A program made the position numbers and the translations under genes. Below, piece by piece: positions 43,077 to 53,545 of a stretch of 64,000 nucleotides of DNA. Location of the stretch: positions 970,830 through 1,034,829 of the forward strand of contig CAVZOE010000006.1 in NCBI GenBank assembly GCA_963776725.1, read 5' to 3'. How positions within the stretch are numbered: position 1 is the stretch's first letter; every line of letters starts with the position of its first letter. Below the pieces are notes generated by a model, which did not search any database, was not told the origin of the DNA, and was given only the letters and a program-made list of their open reading frames with translations. The DNA is from an uncultured Candidatus Rokubacteria bacterium (GTDB lineage: Bacteria; Methylomirabilota; Methylomirabilia; Rokubacteriales; CSP1-6).

Positions 43077-44396
43077 CTAGCAGAGAGGTGGACGAGGGCG
43101 GAGGAGCCAGGCTTCCAGGCGGGCGAGCAGGTGGCTGGGCTTGAAGGGTTTGGTGAGGTAGTCGGTGACGCCGGCGGCGAAGCCGGCGGCGGTGTCGGCG
43201 GCGTCGGCGCGACCCGGTGATGAGGATGACCGGCACATCGGCGAGTCGGGGGTCGGGATCGCGCGCGAAGCGCGCGGCACACCGAGAGCCCGTCGCGCTT
43301 GGGCATGATCCAGTCGAGGACCACCATGTCGGGGCGCTCCTGGCGCGCGATGACCAGCGCCGCCTCGCCGTCGTTGGCCGACAGCAGCTGGTAGCCCTCG
43401 TCGGCCAGCGTCTCCCTCAGCAGGTCGATGACGTCGGGATCGTCGTCCACCAGCAGGATGGTCGTCTCGTGCGGCGCCCGGCGGTGTGACGACCGCGCTT
43501 CGGGCGCCAGCGCCCGGCCGGCGGCCCCGCGCGGTTCGATGGCCAGCTCACGCCCCTCGATGGCGGCGAACACCTCCATGCCCGCGGGCGGACGGACGCG
43601 CCCGGCAGCGGGCCAGCAGCGCGTCGAGGGCGTCGTCGGTGCGCGAGGGGTCGTGATGAAACAGCGCCAGCCGCGTTGCGCGGGCGGCGCCCGCGAAATC
43701 CACGGCCAGCTCGGCCGGGGTGTGGCCCCACGTCAGCCGGGCCGGATACTCCTCGAGCGTGTACTGCGCGTCGTGGATGACGAGATCCGCCCCCGCCAGG
43801 AACTCGATGTGCCGCTCGTCCTCGCGGTGCACACGCTCGGGCTCGCCCGCCGCTTCCGGATGGTGCGGAGAGTGTGGCTCGTGGTCGGTCGCGTACACCA
43901 CGGTGACGCCGCCGGCTTGCAGGCGATACCCGATGGCCGGAGCGGGGTGGTTGAGATAGCGCGTGGTGACGCGTACGCCCGCGAGGTCCAGCGTCTCCTC
44001 GGCCAGCTCGTGGTAGCGGATCGTGGCGGCCAGCGTCTCGAGCGGCACCGGGAAGTACGGATAGTGCATCTGACCGGCGAGCACCTCCTCGATCTGCCGC
44101 CCCACCTGTCGGGGGCCGTACACGTCCCACTCGTTACCCGCGACGAAGAGGGGGGCGAAGAACGGAAAGCCCTGGATGTGATCCCAGTGCGTGTGCGTGA
44201 TCAGCAGGTGCCCGCGCACCGGCCCGGTCGCCACGAGATGGCGGCCGAGATCGTGTGCGCCGGTGCCGCAGTCGAGCACGATGAGCCCGCCGCCGGGCGC
44301 GCGGACCTCCACGCACGAGGTGTTGCCACCGTACCGTACGGTGGAGGGCCCGGGCTTGGGGAGCGAGCCCCGCGTGCCCCAGAAGCGAATCCACAT
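43077..44396 (-). CDS. MBL-fold metallo-hydrolase fused to a C-terminal response-regulator receiver (indels)
   Basis: MWIRFWGTRGS..YGGNTSC; THTHWDHIQG; HDAQY; FHHDP; then ILLVDDD..PDMVVLDWIMP..DYLTKPF. Confidence 0.85.
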
Positions 44397-44502
44397 GTCG
44401 CCCTCCGCCACACTGCGGCGTGACGTCGACGCCGACGCCAATGGTAGCGCGCGGGGGCTCCGGCAGCCGCCAAGAGATTACGGAACGATGACGACGCGGC
44501 GG

Positions 44503-45296
44503 CTAGAGCGCGAGCAGCTCGTGCCGGAGGGCCTCGTCCTCGCGCAAGCGCGCGGAGGGGCCGCTGAAGCGGATCGACCCCTTCTCGAGCACGTAGACGC
44601 GGTCGGCGAGGGCCAGCGAGAAGTCGACGTTCTGCTCGGCCAGTAGAATCGTGAGCCCACTGCGCTTGAGCAGGGCGATCTGCTCCTGCAGGTGGTCGAC
44701 CACGAGCGGCGCCAGCCCCTCCGACGGCTCGTCGAGCAGGAGCAGCTCCGGGTTGCCCATCAGGGTGCGGGCGATGGTCAGCATCTGCTGCTCGCCGCCG
44801 GAGAGATATCCGCCCTGGCGCGAGGATAGCTCCCGCAGCTTGGGGAAGAGATCGAACACCCGCTCGGGGGTCCATTGGAGCGAAGCGTGGTTGCTCGGCT
44901 CGGGTCGTGGGTGGCCTGTTTTAGAAAGATCGCGGCTCCGTCGGCTCCGTCTAGAAGGATGGCGGCCTCGTTTGGTGGCGACGTCGAGGTTCTCCCACAC
45001 CGTGAGCTCGGCGAAGATCCGGCGGTCCTCGGGGACGAAGCCGATGCCCGGCGCGGGCGACGCGGTAGGGCGCCCAGCCGGTGATGTCGGTGCCCTTCCA
45101 GGTCACCCGGCCGTCCTGCGGCGGCGTCAGGCCGATGATCGAGCGCATGGTGGTGGACTTGCCCACGCCGTTGCGGCCGAGCAGGCAGACGCACTCGCCC
45201 GCGTTGACCTCGATCGACACGCCGAAGAGCACGCGGGACAGCCCGTAGGCGGTGTGGATCTCGTGCGACGTCGAGCAGCGGCGCGGCCGGGCTCAT
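44503..45296 (-). CDS. livF: Branched-chain amino acid ABC transporter ATPase (LivF-like) with an in-frame insertion
   Basis: GRNGVGKST; VPEDRRIF; LSGGEQQML; LDEPSEGLAP. Confidence 0.85.
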
Positions 45297-46044
45297 CGGC
45301 GCTCTCCCAGGTAGACGCGCCGCACCTCGGGGTTGGCGCGGACCTCGGCCGGGCGTGCCGTCGGCGATGACCTGCCCCTGGTGGAGCACGGTGATCCGCT
45401 GGGCGATCGAGAACACGACCTCCATGTCGTGCTCGGTGAAGAGCAGCGTCAGCCCGCGCTCGCGCGGCGATCCGCTCGACGCAGCCGGATCGTCTCGCGC
45501 GTCTCGCTCGCCGACATGCCGGCGGTCGGCTCGTCCAGCAGCAGCAGCGAGGGCTCGCTGGCCAGCGCGATCCCCAGCTCGAGCTGCTTCTGGGCGCCGT
45601 GGGACAGAAAGCCGCTCGTCTCGGCGGCGCGCTCGAGCAGGCCGAGCGAGGCCAGCAGCGCCTCCGTCTCCTCGCGATAGAGGCGCTCGACCCGGGTCCA
45701 CAGATTGCCGCCCGCGGCCGCGATGGGACAGGAAGGCCGCCTGCACGTTCTCGTGCACCGTGAGCTTCGGGAAGATGTTGGTGCGCTGGAACGAGCGTCC
45801 CATCCCGAGCCGACAGATGTCGTGGGGCGCCAGGCCGGTGACGTCGCGGCCGTCGAGGAGCACGGTGCCGGAGTCGGGCTTGCAGGTGTCCGGTGACCAG
45901 GTTGAAGAAGGTCGTCTTGCCGGCGCCGTTGGGCCCGATGATGGCGGCGATCCGGCCCCGGTCGACCTTCACGCTGACCCCGCCCACGGCCAGGAAGCCG
46001 TCGAAGCTCTTGCGGACGTCGCGGACCTCAAGCACGCCGGGCAC
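45293..46044 (-). CDS. livG: Branched-chain ABC transporter ATPase (LivG-like; indels)
   Basis: GPNGAGKTT; RSFQ; LLDEPTAGMS; EHDMEVVF; VYLG. Confidence 0.85.
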
Positions 46045-47001
46045 TCCCCAGCCGGCGCACGGCCGCCTGCGCCGCTCCCGCCAGCCCGCCGGGGAACACG
46101 AACAGCAGCACGACCAGGATCACGCCGAGCACGAACGGCCAGTACTCGGTGTAGGACGTGATCTGCTGGTTCAGGAGGATCAGCACCAGCGCGCCCAGCG
46201 CCGGGCCGTAGAACGTCCCCATGCCGCCCAGCAGCGTCATGATCAGCACCTCGGACGACTTGGTCCAGTAGGCGAAATCGGGGAAGACGCCGCGGTTGAA
46301 GATGCCGAAGAGGCCGCCGGCCAGCCCGGCGAAGGCACCGGCCAGCACGAAGGCGGCCAGCTCGTAGCGCCGCACGTTGACGCCGATGAACTCCGCGCGC
46401 TCGGCGTTCTCGCGGACGGTGGTCAGCATGCGGCCGAACGGCGAGCCGACGATCCGACGCAGGAGCCACAGGCAGAGCGCCACCATGATCACCGTGAGGA
46501 AGTAGAAGTACTCCGACGTGCGCCAGCCGCCCACCAGCGGGCAGCGCGGCGATCCGGTCGAAGTCCGGGTAGGGGATCTCCGGCATGCCCTGCTCGCCGC
46601 CGGTGACCTCGTTCCACTTGAAGCAGATGGCCCACACGATCTGGGCGAAGGCCAGCGTGAGCATGGCGAAGTAGATCCGCGTCAGCCGCACGCAGAAGAA
46701 GCCGAACACGAGCGCGAAGCCGCCGGCCACCACGCGCGGCGGCGGGGAAGGCCAGCAGGAACGGCACCGCCAGCTTCTTCATCAGCAGGCCGGTGGTGTA
46801 GGCGCCGATGCCGAAATAGGCGGCGTGGCCGAAGGACACCAGGCCGGTGACGCCCACCAGGAGATTCAGGCTGGTGGCGAACAGCGCCCAGATCACGATG
46901 TCGTTGGCCAGGAACACGTAGAAGCGCGAGCCGACCACCGGGACGAAGAACGCCGCCACGAGGATGATCGGCCCCCACGGCACGCGCGCCAGGGCCGCCA
47001 T
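46028..47001 (-). CDS. livM: Branched-chain ABC permease (LivM-like; indels)
   Basis: SLNLLVGVTGLVSFGHAAYFGIGAY; YFAMLTLAFAQ; SPFGR..RENAERA; LGGMGTFYGP. Confidence 0.85.
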
Positions 47002-47885
47002 CACTTGAGCGGCCGCCCGAGCAGGCCCCAGGGCCGGATGATCAGCACGCCGGCCATGAGGGCGAAGACGGCGAAGATCGAGAAGCGCGGAAAGAACAGG
47101 ATACCGAACGACAGCACCTGGCCGTAGATGAGCGCGCCGAGGAACGTGCCCCAGAAGGAGCCGAGGCCGCCGATGACCACCACCACGAAGGCCTCGACGA
47201 TGATCTCGGTGTCCATGCCCGGCGTGGTGGCGCGCATGGGACTGATCAGCGCGCCGCCCAGACCACCCAGGAACGAGGCGATCACGAAGACCCAGGTGTA
47301 GAGCGCGTTGACGTTGACGCCGAGCGCGCCGAGCGTCTCGCGGTCCAGCGCGGCGGCCCGGATGAAGCGTCCCACCCGCGTGCGCTGCAGCACGAACCAC
47401 ACCGCCAGCGCGATGGCCGGGCCCAGCAGGAGGATGAACAGGTTGTAGTGGGGGATGGTGGCGCCGAACAGCGTGGAGGCGCCGGTCAGCCCGGGCGGCC
47501 GGCTCACCGACTTCTGCTGCGTGCCCCAGATCATCTTGGCCCCGTCGCTCAGGATCAGCACCAGGGCGTAGGTGAACAGGAGCTGGTAGAGCTCCTCCTT
47601 GCCGTAGAGATGGCGGAAGAGCAGCAGCTCGACGAGACCGCCGAGTGCGGCGACCGCCAGCGCCGCGCCGAGCGCGGCCAGCCAGAACTTGCCGCCGCCC
47701 ACGCCCAGCCACTGCACGAACTGGTACGCGGCGTAGGCGCCCAGCATGTAGAACGTGCCGTGCGCGAAGTTCAGCACGCGGAGCACGCCGAAGATCAGCG
47801 ACAGGCCGGAGGCGATGAGGAACAGAAACATCGCGGCCGTGAGGCCGCTCAGGGACTGGGCGAAGACGAACGAGAGGTCGGGCAT
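47001..47885 (-). CDS. livH: Branched-chain ABC permease (LivH-like)
   Basis: ASGLSLIFGVLRVLNFAHG; AFVVVVIGGLGS; RPWGLLG. Confidence 0.9.
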   Translation of the reverse strand: MPDLSFVFAQSLSGLTAAMFLFLIASGLSLIFGVLRVLNFAHGTFYMLGAYAAYQFVQWLGVGGGKFWLAALGAALAVAALGGLVELLLFRHLYGKEELYQLLFTYALVLILSDGAKMIWGTQQKSVSRPPGLTGASTLFGATIPHYNLFILLLGPAIALAVWFVLQRTRVGRFIRAAALDRETLGALGVNVNALYTWVFVIASFLGGLGGALISPMRATTPGMDTEIIVEAFVVVVIGGLGSFWGTFLGALIYGQVLSFGILFFPRFSIFAVFALMAGVLIIRPWGLLGRPLK

Positions 47886-47941
47886 CGGAGCCCGCTAAAC
47901 GTAGCCGGTTGCCGGGCTGTGGTCAACGTGCGGCCCCGCCG

Positions 47942-48730
47942 TCATGTCGAGCGCGATCCGACGACGCAGCTCTGCAACGACACGCCAATCGCACCCCGAG
48001 CGTCCCAGAGCCGCGCCCGGGTCAGGCCCACGCCGTGGGCCTCGGCGACCGTGGCGGCGTCGAGCCCCAGCCAGTCGCCCGCGGGCAGACGGTGGACGGC
48101 GACCGTGAGGTCGGCGTTGACGAACGTGTGCCGCGCGGGGTCGAGCACGACGGCCAGCCCGCTGGCCGAATCGGCCACGACCAGCAGCCGCTGCAGGGGC
48201 GACGCCCGCTCGCCTTCCACCAACGCGACGCGGGGGCGCATCCACGCCATCACGGGGCCCTGGCCCCACGTGCCGCGGGCGATGCGCGTCTCCACCGAGA
48301 GGTGGTAGGCGACGGGATCGCGGAAGAACGGGAACTGAAACGGCACGGCTGAGGCCACCGGCGCGGGCGCGGGAGCGCCGTCGTCGATCGACTCGGGCAG
48401 GACGTCCGCCGTGCGCAGGGCGAGGGCCGAGGCCTGCACGACCACCGTGCCGTCGGCGGTCGCGAGCGTCGCCTGGAGGCGGCGGACCTTCGCACCCGCG
48501 CGCGTCACCTCGGCGTGAACCGTCAGGGGGGCGATCGGCACCGGGCGCAGGAAATCGAACGTCATCCGCGCCAGGAGCGCGTCGTCGCCGGCCAGCCGCT
48601 CCAGGGCCCGGACGAGGAGCGCGGCGGGGGGACCGCCGTGCTGGTGCGCCGGGCTCCACGGGCCGCGCGTCGATTCGGTGGCGACGAAGCGCTCGCCGTC
48701 GGGCACGAAGTAGGCGGAGAGGGCACTCAC
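47942..48730 (-). CDS. Acyl-CoA thioesterase (double hot-dog) family protein
   Basis: TRGPWSPAHQHGGPPAALL; FDFLRPVP; VADSASG; FVNADLTV. Confidence 0.85.
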   Translation of the reverse strand: MSALSAYFVPDGERFVATESTRGPWSPAHQHGGPPAALLVRALERLAGDDALLARMTFDFLRPVPIAPLTVHAEVTRAGAKVRRLQATLATADGTVVVQASALALRTADVLPESIDDGAPAPAPVASAVPFQFPFFRDPVAYHLSVETRIARGTWGQGPVMAWMRPRVALVEGERASPLQRLLVVADSASGLAVVLDPARHTFVNADLTVAVHRLPAGDWLGLDAATVAEAHGVGLTRARLWDARGAIGVSLQSCVVGSRST

Positions 48731-48778
48731 CGCCGCAGCGTACCAGACAACGTCCGACACTCAGCCGTGCCCGGTGAC

Positions 48779-49997
48779 CTACGGCATGATCTCGCCGCCG
48801 TTGGGATGGAGCGTCTGGCCGCAGAAGTAGCGGCTCTCGTCGGAGGCGAGGAAGACGAACGCGCCGACGAGATCGTCCGGGGCGCCGAGCCGCTTGAGCG
48901 GTAGTGAGGCCGCGTGAGCGCGCTTGGCCTCGTCGGGCAGCGGATCGAAGCCCGTGTCGATGAGCCCGGGCGCGATGCCGTTGACCAGGATGCCGTGCGG
49001 CGCCAGCTCCTGGGCGAGGGCGCGGGTGAAGGTGAGCAGGCCGCCCTTGGCCGCCGAGTACGCGGTGTAGCGGGGCCGGCCGAGATACGCGAGCTGGGAG
49101 CTCACGATGATGATGCGCCCGCTCCGCCGCGGGATCATCACGCGGGCGGCCTCGCGGGAGGTGAGGAAGGCGCCGCGGAGGTGGACGGCCATCATGCGCT
49201 CCCAGTCGGCGAGCGTCGTGTCCGTGATCGCCTGCGCCTGCTGGATGCCGGCGTTGTTCACCAGCACGTCGAGCCGGCCGAAGCGCTCGACGACGCCGCG
49301 CACGAGGGCCTGCACGTCGGTCTCGACGGTGACGTCGCAGCGGATCGCCAGCGCCGTGCGGCCGAGGGCTTCGACCTCGGCCACCAGCGAGCGGGCGTCG
49401 GGCTCGCGCGCGATCCAGCCGATCGCCACGTCGGCGCCCTCCTCCGCGTAGGCGAGGGCGACCGCCCGCCCGATGCCGGTGTTGCCGCCGGTCACGAGCG
49501 CGATCTGTCCGGCCAGGCGGCCGCGCGACGGGCGGCCGGCCTCGTCGAGCGCGCGGTGAAGCTCGCGGACGGCGGCGTCCACCGCGCTCACGTCGTCGTC
49601 GGTCCACGGGCGGCGGCCTCCCGCGTGGTGCACCGAGACCCACCCCTGCATCGCGCCGTCGCGAACGACCGGCGCCAGCACCTGGGCGGTGACGCCGAAG
49701 ACGGCCATGAGCTGCGGGGGCGGCGCCGGATCGACGCGCCCTGTCAGGTCGCTCCTGGACGAGCACCCGGCGGTTCGCCTCGAGCCAGCTGATGCTGCCG
49801 GCGGCGCGCTGATCGATCGCCGTCTGGCCTCGCAGCGACGCCGCGCCGGGCGCGAGCGCCTCGCCGGCGACGTCGTTGACGTGCAGCCCGCGCTCGGGGA
49901 GATCGATCCGGAGTGTCGTGCGCGTCGCGCGGGTGGCGACCCGCAGCGTGGCGAGGATGGCGTCGAAGCGCTCGACCAGGCGGGGCGTCGACGTCAT
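48779..49997 (-). CDS. GAF-domain / short-chain dehydrogenase fusion (indel near 49745)
   Basis: N-terminal RTTLRID..GVTAQVLAP..GWVSVHH..RPWT (GAF-like) runs in frame into VTGGNTGIG, NNAGI, YSAAK, LHPNGG. ATG overlaps the stop of the rSAM gene. Confidence 0.8.
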
Positions 49998-51873
49998 GTC
50001 GCCGACACGCCGGCGGCCGCGGGCGCCGCCGGCAATGCCAGCGCGAGGTAGTGAGCGCCATCGCGATGGACGAGCCGCGCGGCGACGCACTCATCGAGGA
50101 AGTCCTCCAGCTCGCCGGCAGGCAGATCGAAGCCGGCCGCGCGGAGCGCGACGTCCATCCGGGCCAGCGTCGTGCCGTCCTCGCACGCCAGGTACGCCGC
50201 CGCCTCGGCGGAGCCGAAGCGGTACTCGGTGGCCGCCAGCCCCGGCCGGCGGTCGGTCACGGTGAGCCCGCGCCGGTGCCGACGGTAGCGCAGCGAGCCG
50301 AACGCCGTCTCGCTGCTCGCGCGCCAGGCCTCGACCACCTCGCGGACGGGGCGCACGTAGGCGGCGGGCTCGCGCCCGTCGGCGTGGCGGTACTCGAACG
50401 TGTAGGCGAGCGCCTGCAGGGTGGCCGCATCGAGCGCGGGGTGGATGAAGCCGTAGTCCCGCCGCGGCCCTAGCGGGATCAGCCCGAACGCCTCGGGCTG
50501 CTCGTGATACGGGCTGAAGCGATCGAGCGCCAGCGGCACCAGCCGCGGCGGCTCCAGGTGGACGAGCGAGCGCATGAGGTCGGCCATGCGCGCGTACTCC
50601 TCCGGGGGCTCGCCGGGCAGGCCATAGAGGATGTTCCAGAACAGCTTCACGCCCAGCTCGGCGCACCACTTGAGCAGGCGCAGGTTCTGGAACGCCGTGA
50701 CACCCTTGCGCATCGACTTCAAGATCGGATCGCTGAGGCTCTCGACGCCGGCCTGGATCGACACGAAGCCCGCCTCGCGCAAGAGCCGCACGTCGGCCTT
50801 GGTGAGGTTGGCCTTGGTCTCGCAGAACATCCGGAGGCCGGCGCGCGCGTCGCGCAGGTGGGGCAGCACCTCGCGGAAGTAGCGCCGGTCGAGGATGTAA
50901 TCCACCACCAGGACCTGCGGCGTGTCGTAGCGCCGGGTGAGCTCGAGCAGCTCCTGCACGACGTGCTCGGGCCGCTTGCTCCGGAAGGCCAGCGCCTGAT
51001 CGCTGATGCCGCAGAACGTGCAGTGCGAGCGCGCGCCCCACCAGCACCCGCGCGCGCTCTCGTAGAGCAGCGTCACGCGGGGACGGAGCTCGGCGGCGGC
51101 GGGCGACGTTTCGAGACGGGCGAAGTAGGCTTCGTAGCGTGGCGTCGGGGTGTCGTCGAGCGCGACCGGGTCCCCGCCTTCGGGGACGACCACCGAGCGC
51201 TCGCCGTCGCGGTAGCACAGCCCAGCCTGCGGCCGGCAGGGACCGCCGGCGAGGAAGTCCTTCACGAGCCCGGGCAGCACGCGCTCGCCCTCACCGCGGA
51301 CGACGGCGTCCACCCAGGGAAACGCGCGGTGCAGCGCCGCGCCCATCTCGCCCTGGCAGTTGGCGCCGCCGAGGATCACGCGGACGTCGGGCAGGCGAGC
51401 CTTGAGCTGCCGGGCCAGCGCCAGCGAGGCGACGGTCTGATGGCGCCGGTGGTGAAGCCGACGACGGCCGGCGCCGCGGCCGCCAGCGCGTCGGTGCATC
51501 GATCGAGGAACGAGGGCACGAGGCGCGCGAAAGCGTCGCGCGATCGTCGATGTCGCGCTCGGCGACCGGATGCTCGCGCAGCCAGCCGGACGTAGCCGGC
51601 GTCGCTGTCGGCGGCGGGCTCGGTGAAGATCCAGTCGCCGAGGCCGACGTCGCGCGAGAGCTCCACCACGAGGTCGTAGTCGGCGACGCCGAGCCGCTCT
51701 GCCGGCGGCCCCTCGGCGGTGAGGGCCATGCAGTGATCGAGGAAGTCCAGCCCGAGGCAGTGCACCTCGGCGCCGATGCCGTCGCGCTCCAGCACGGCTT
51801 GCAAGATCGCCAGCTGGATCGGCGGATGCTCGAGCTGATCCCAGGGCATCGAGATCAGCCACACGCGGCTCAT
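49994..51873 (-). CDS. RiPP-maturation B12-binding radical SAM C-methyltransferase (rSAM_ocin/Btm/Poy-like; indels at about 51550-51440)
   Basis: MSRVWLISMPW..PPIQLAILQA; B12 domain LGGANCQGEMG..VVRGEGE; ESARGCWWGARSHCTFCG (CX7CX2C); ETKANL; IQAGVESL; WNILYGLPGE; LDRFSPY; C-terminal RRE-like winged helix ending YLALAL. Confidence 0.9.
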
Positions 51874-51895
51874 TCGCCGGCCGTCCGGAGCGGGG

Positions 51896-52132
51896 TCAGG
51901 ACGGGCGGGGAGTCTGCAAGGCCGGCCCCACGGGGACGTACGGCGGCGCGAACGTCGGCAGGGGTGTCGGTCGCGTGCTCTTCAGCGCGGCCTGCTGGCT
52001 CGGCGAGAGGGACGCGTCCCCGCCCTTGACCTTCTTCTTGGCCGGCAGGTCGCGCAGCGGCTTCTTGCGGAGCTTGAGCGACTTCCTGGCCGAGCCCTTG
52101 GTGGCCTTCTTCTTCGCCTTCTTCTTCGCCAT
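51896..52132 (-). CDS. Candidate RiPP precursor peptide: 38-aa Lys-rich leader ending VKGG, 40-aa Pro-rich core
   Basis: GGAGG SD; MAKKKAKKKATKGSARKSLKLRKKPLRDLPAKKKVKGG|DASLSPSQQAALKSTRPTPLPTFAPPYVPVGPALQTPRPS; ends 22 nt before the rSAM start. Confidence 0.8.
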   Translation of the reverse strand: MAKKKAKKKATKGSARKSLKLRKKPLRDLPAKKKVKGGDASLSPSQQAALKSTRPTPLPTFAPPYVPVGPALQTPRPS

Positions 52133-52160
52133 GCCCGCCCTCCCGGAGCTGGATCGCGCG

Positions 52161-52190
52161 ATCCTAGCAGGCAGCCGGCGGTATTGTCAT
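52161..52190 (-). promoter_or_regulatory. Sigma70-like promoter for the precursor/rSAM unit
   Basis: ATGACA-N18-TAGGAT with extended TG, ending 28 nt upstream of the ATG at 52132. Confidence 0.5.
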
Positions 52191-52340
52191 GGCGCCCCAC
52201 GAAGCCGCGAGCCGCGAGGTGCGAGAGCCGGGATAGGCAGACCTCGGATATCCACCGAACACTGCGCGGCTCGCTGGCTATCTGGGCGGCGAGCCGCGAG
52301 AACCGGGCGGCGGCCTGTACGAGCGTCGCCGCCGGAGCGA

Positions 52341-53528
52341 TCAGTCCATGAACTTCGTCGGATCGACGTAGGTGACGGGCTTCATGATCGGGAACGGGTA
52401 CTTCGGATCCATCACGGTCTTGCCGTACAGCTGGCCGCGGTTGGCCTGATGGTCCTTTTCGCGGATCGTCTGCGGGCCGATCGGCGTCTCGATCGTCAGG
52501 CCGAGCAGCGCCTTGGCGACCTTGTCGGAATCCGTGCTGTTGGCCTTCTTGATGGCCTCGACCAGGAACTGCATGCCGGTGTAGCCCTGGATGGCCCACG
52601 ACGACGGGTACTCGTCCTTCAGGTACTTCGACAGCCGGGCGGTGTAGTCCTTGTGGGCCTGCGTCTCGCCCCAGTAGAAGGCGTCGTAGGAGTTGCCCCA
52701 GATGCCGACCGGGTAGTCGGCGCCCATCGACTTGGTCGTTTCCGGCGTGGCCGCCTCGCCGAGGCCCAGGAAGTTGTAGTGGATCGCGTCGAACACGCCG
52801 AGGGCCTTGGCCTGCTTGGAGTAGGTGACGAAGAAGCCGCCCCAGATGGACGACACGATGGCCTCGGGCTTCTTGGCCATCTGGGCGTTGATGAACGGGT
52901 TGTAGTCCTGCTCGCCGAGCTTGGGCCACTGCTGGTCGACGATCTGCACGCTCGGCTTGAGCTTCTTGATGTGCTCCACGAACGCCTTGGTCACGTCCTG
53001 GCCGTAGGCGTAGTCGAAGGCGATGGTCGCGATCTTGGTGACCGGCCACTTGGCCACGATCTCGGCCGCGCTGCGGCCCTCCATCGTGGTGTTGGCCGCG
53101 ATGCGGAAGACGTAGGGGTGCAGCTTGTCGGCGGCGGTGAGCTGGTCGGTCTTGGGGATCGGCGCGATGAAGACGATCTTGTTTTCCTTGGCCACGACCG
53201 AGACCGCCGGGCCCTCGGCCGAGGTGAGCGTGCCGACCAGGAAGTCGACGTTGTCCTTCAGGATCAGCTCGCGCGCCTGCCGCACCGCTTCGTTGGCGTC
53301 CGCCTTGGAGTCGCGCACGAGCAGCTCGATCTTGCGCCCGAGCACGCCACCCTTGGCGTTGATCTCCTCGACGTACATCATGGCGCCCTTGGAGGCGGGG
53401 TCGCCGAACAGCGCGGGCGGGCCGGACAGCGGGATCGGCATGCCGACCTTGATGGGCTTCTGGGCGTGGGCGGTGAGGGGCACGGCCAGGACCGCGATCA
53501 GCAGCAGGATCAGCCAGGAACGACGCAT
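52341..53528 (-). CDS. Branched-chain-type ABC substrate-binding protein
   Basis: Signal MRRSWLILLLIAVLAVPLTAHA; KVGMPIPLSG; INAKGGVLGRKIEL; DYAYGQD. Confidence 0.92.
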   Translation of the reverse strand: MRRSWLILLLIAVLAVPLTAHAQKPIKVGMPIPLSGPPALFGDPASKGAMMYVEEINAKGGVLGRKIELLVRDSKADANEAVRQARELILKDNVDFLVGTLTSAEGPAVSVVAKENKIVFIAPIPKTDQLTAADKLHPYVFRIAANTTMEGRSAAEIVAKWPVTKIATIAFDYAYGQDVTKAFVEHIKKLKPSVQIVDQQWPKLGEQDYNPFINAQMAKKPEAIVSSIWGGFFVTYSKQAKALGVFDAIHYNFLGLGEAATPETTKSMGADYPVGIWGNSYDAFYWGETQAHKDYTARLSKYLKDEYPSSWAIQGYTGMQFLVEAIKKANSTDSDKVAKALLGLTIETPIGPQTIREKDHQANRGQLYGKTVMDPKYPFPIMKPVTYVDPTKFMD

Positions 53529-53545
53529 GGTGGTCTCCTTGATGG

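Noticed and set aside
51896-52132. Histone-like protein interpretation of the Lys-rich ORF
   Set aside because: Lys-richness stops abruptly at a GG motif and the ORF directly precedes a RiPP-type rSAM, so a precursor is favoured. The alternative is not fully excluded.
52195-52335. GAGCCGCGAG short repeats as a riboswitch or ncRNA
   Set aside because: I could not recognise any aptamer motif or convincing long stem.
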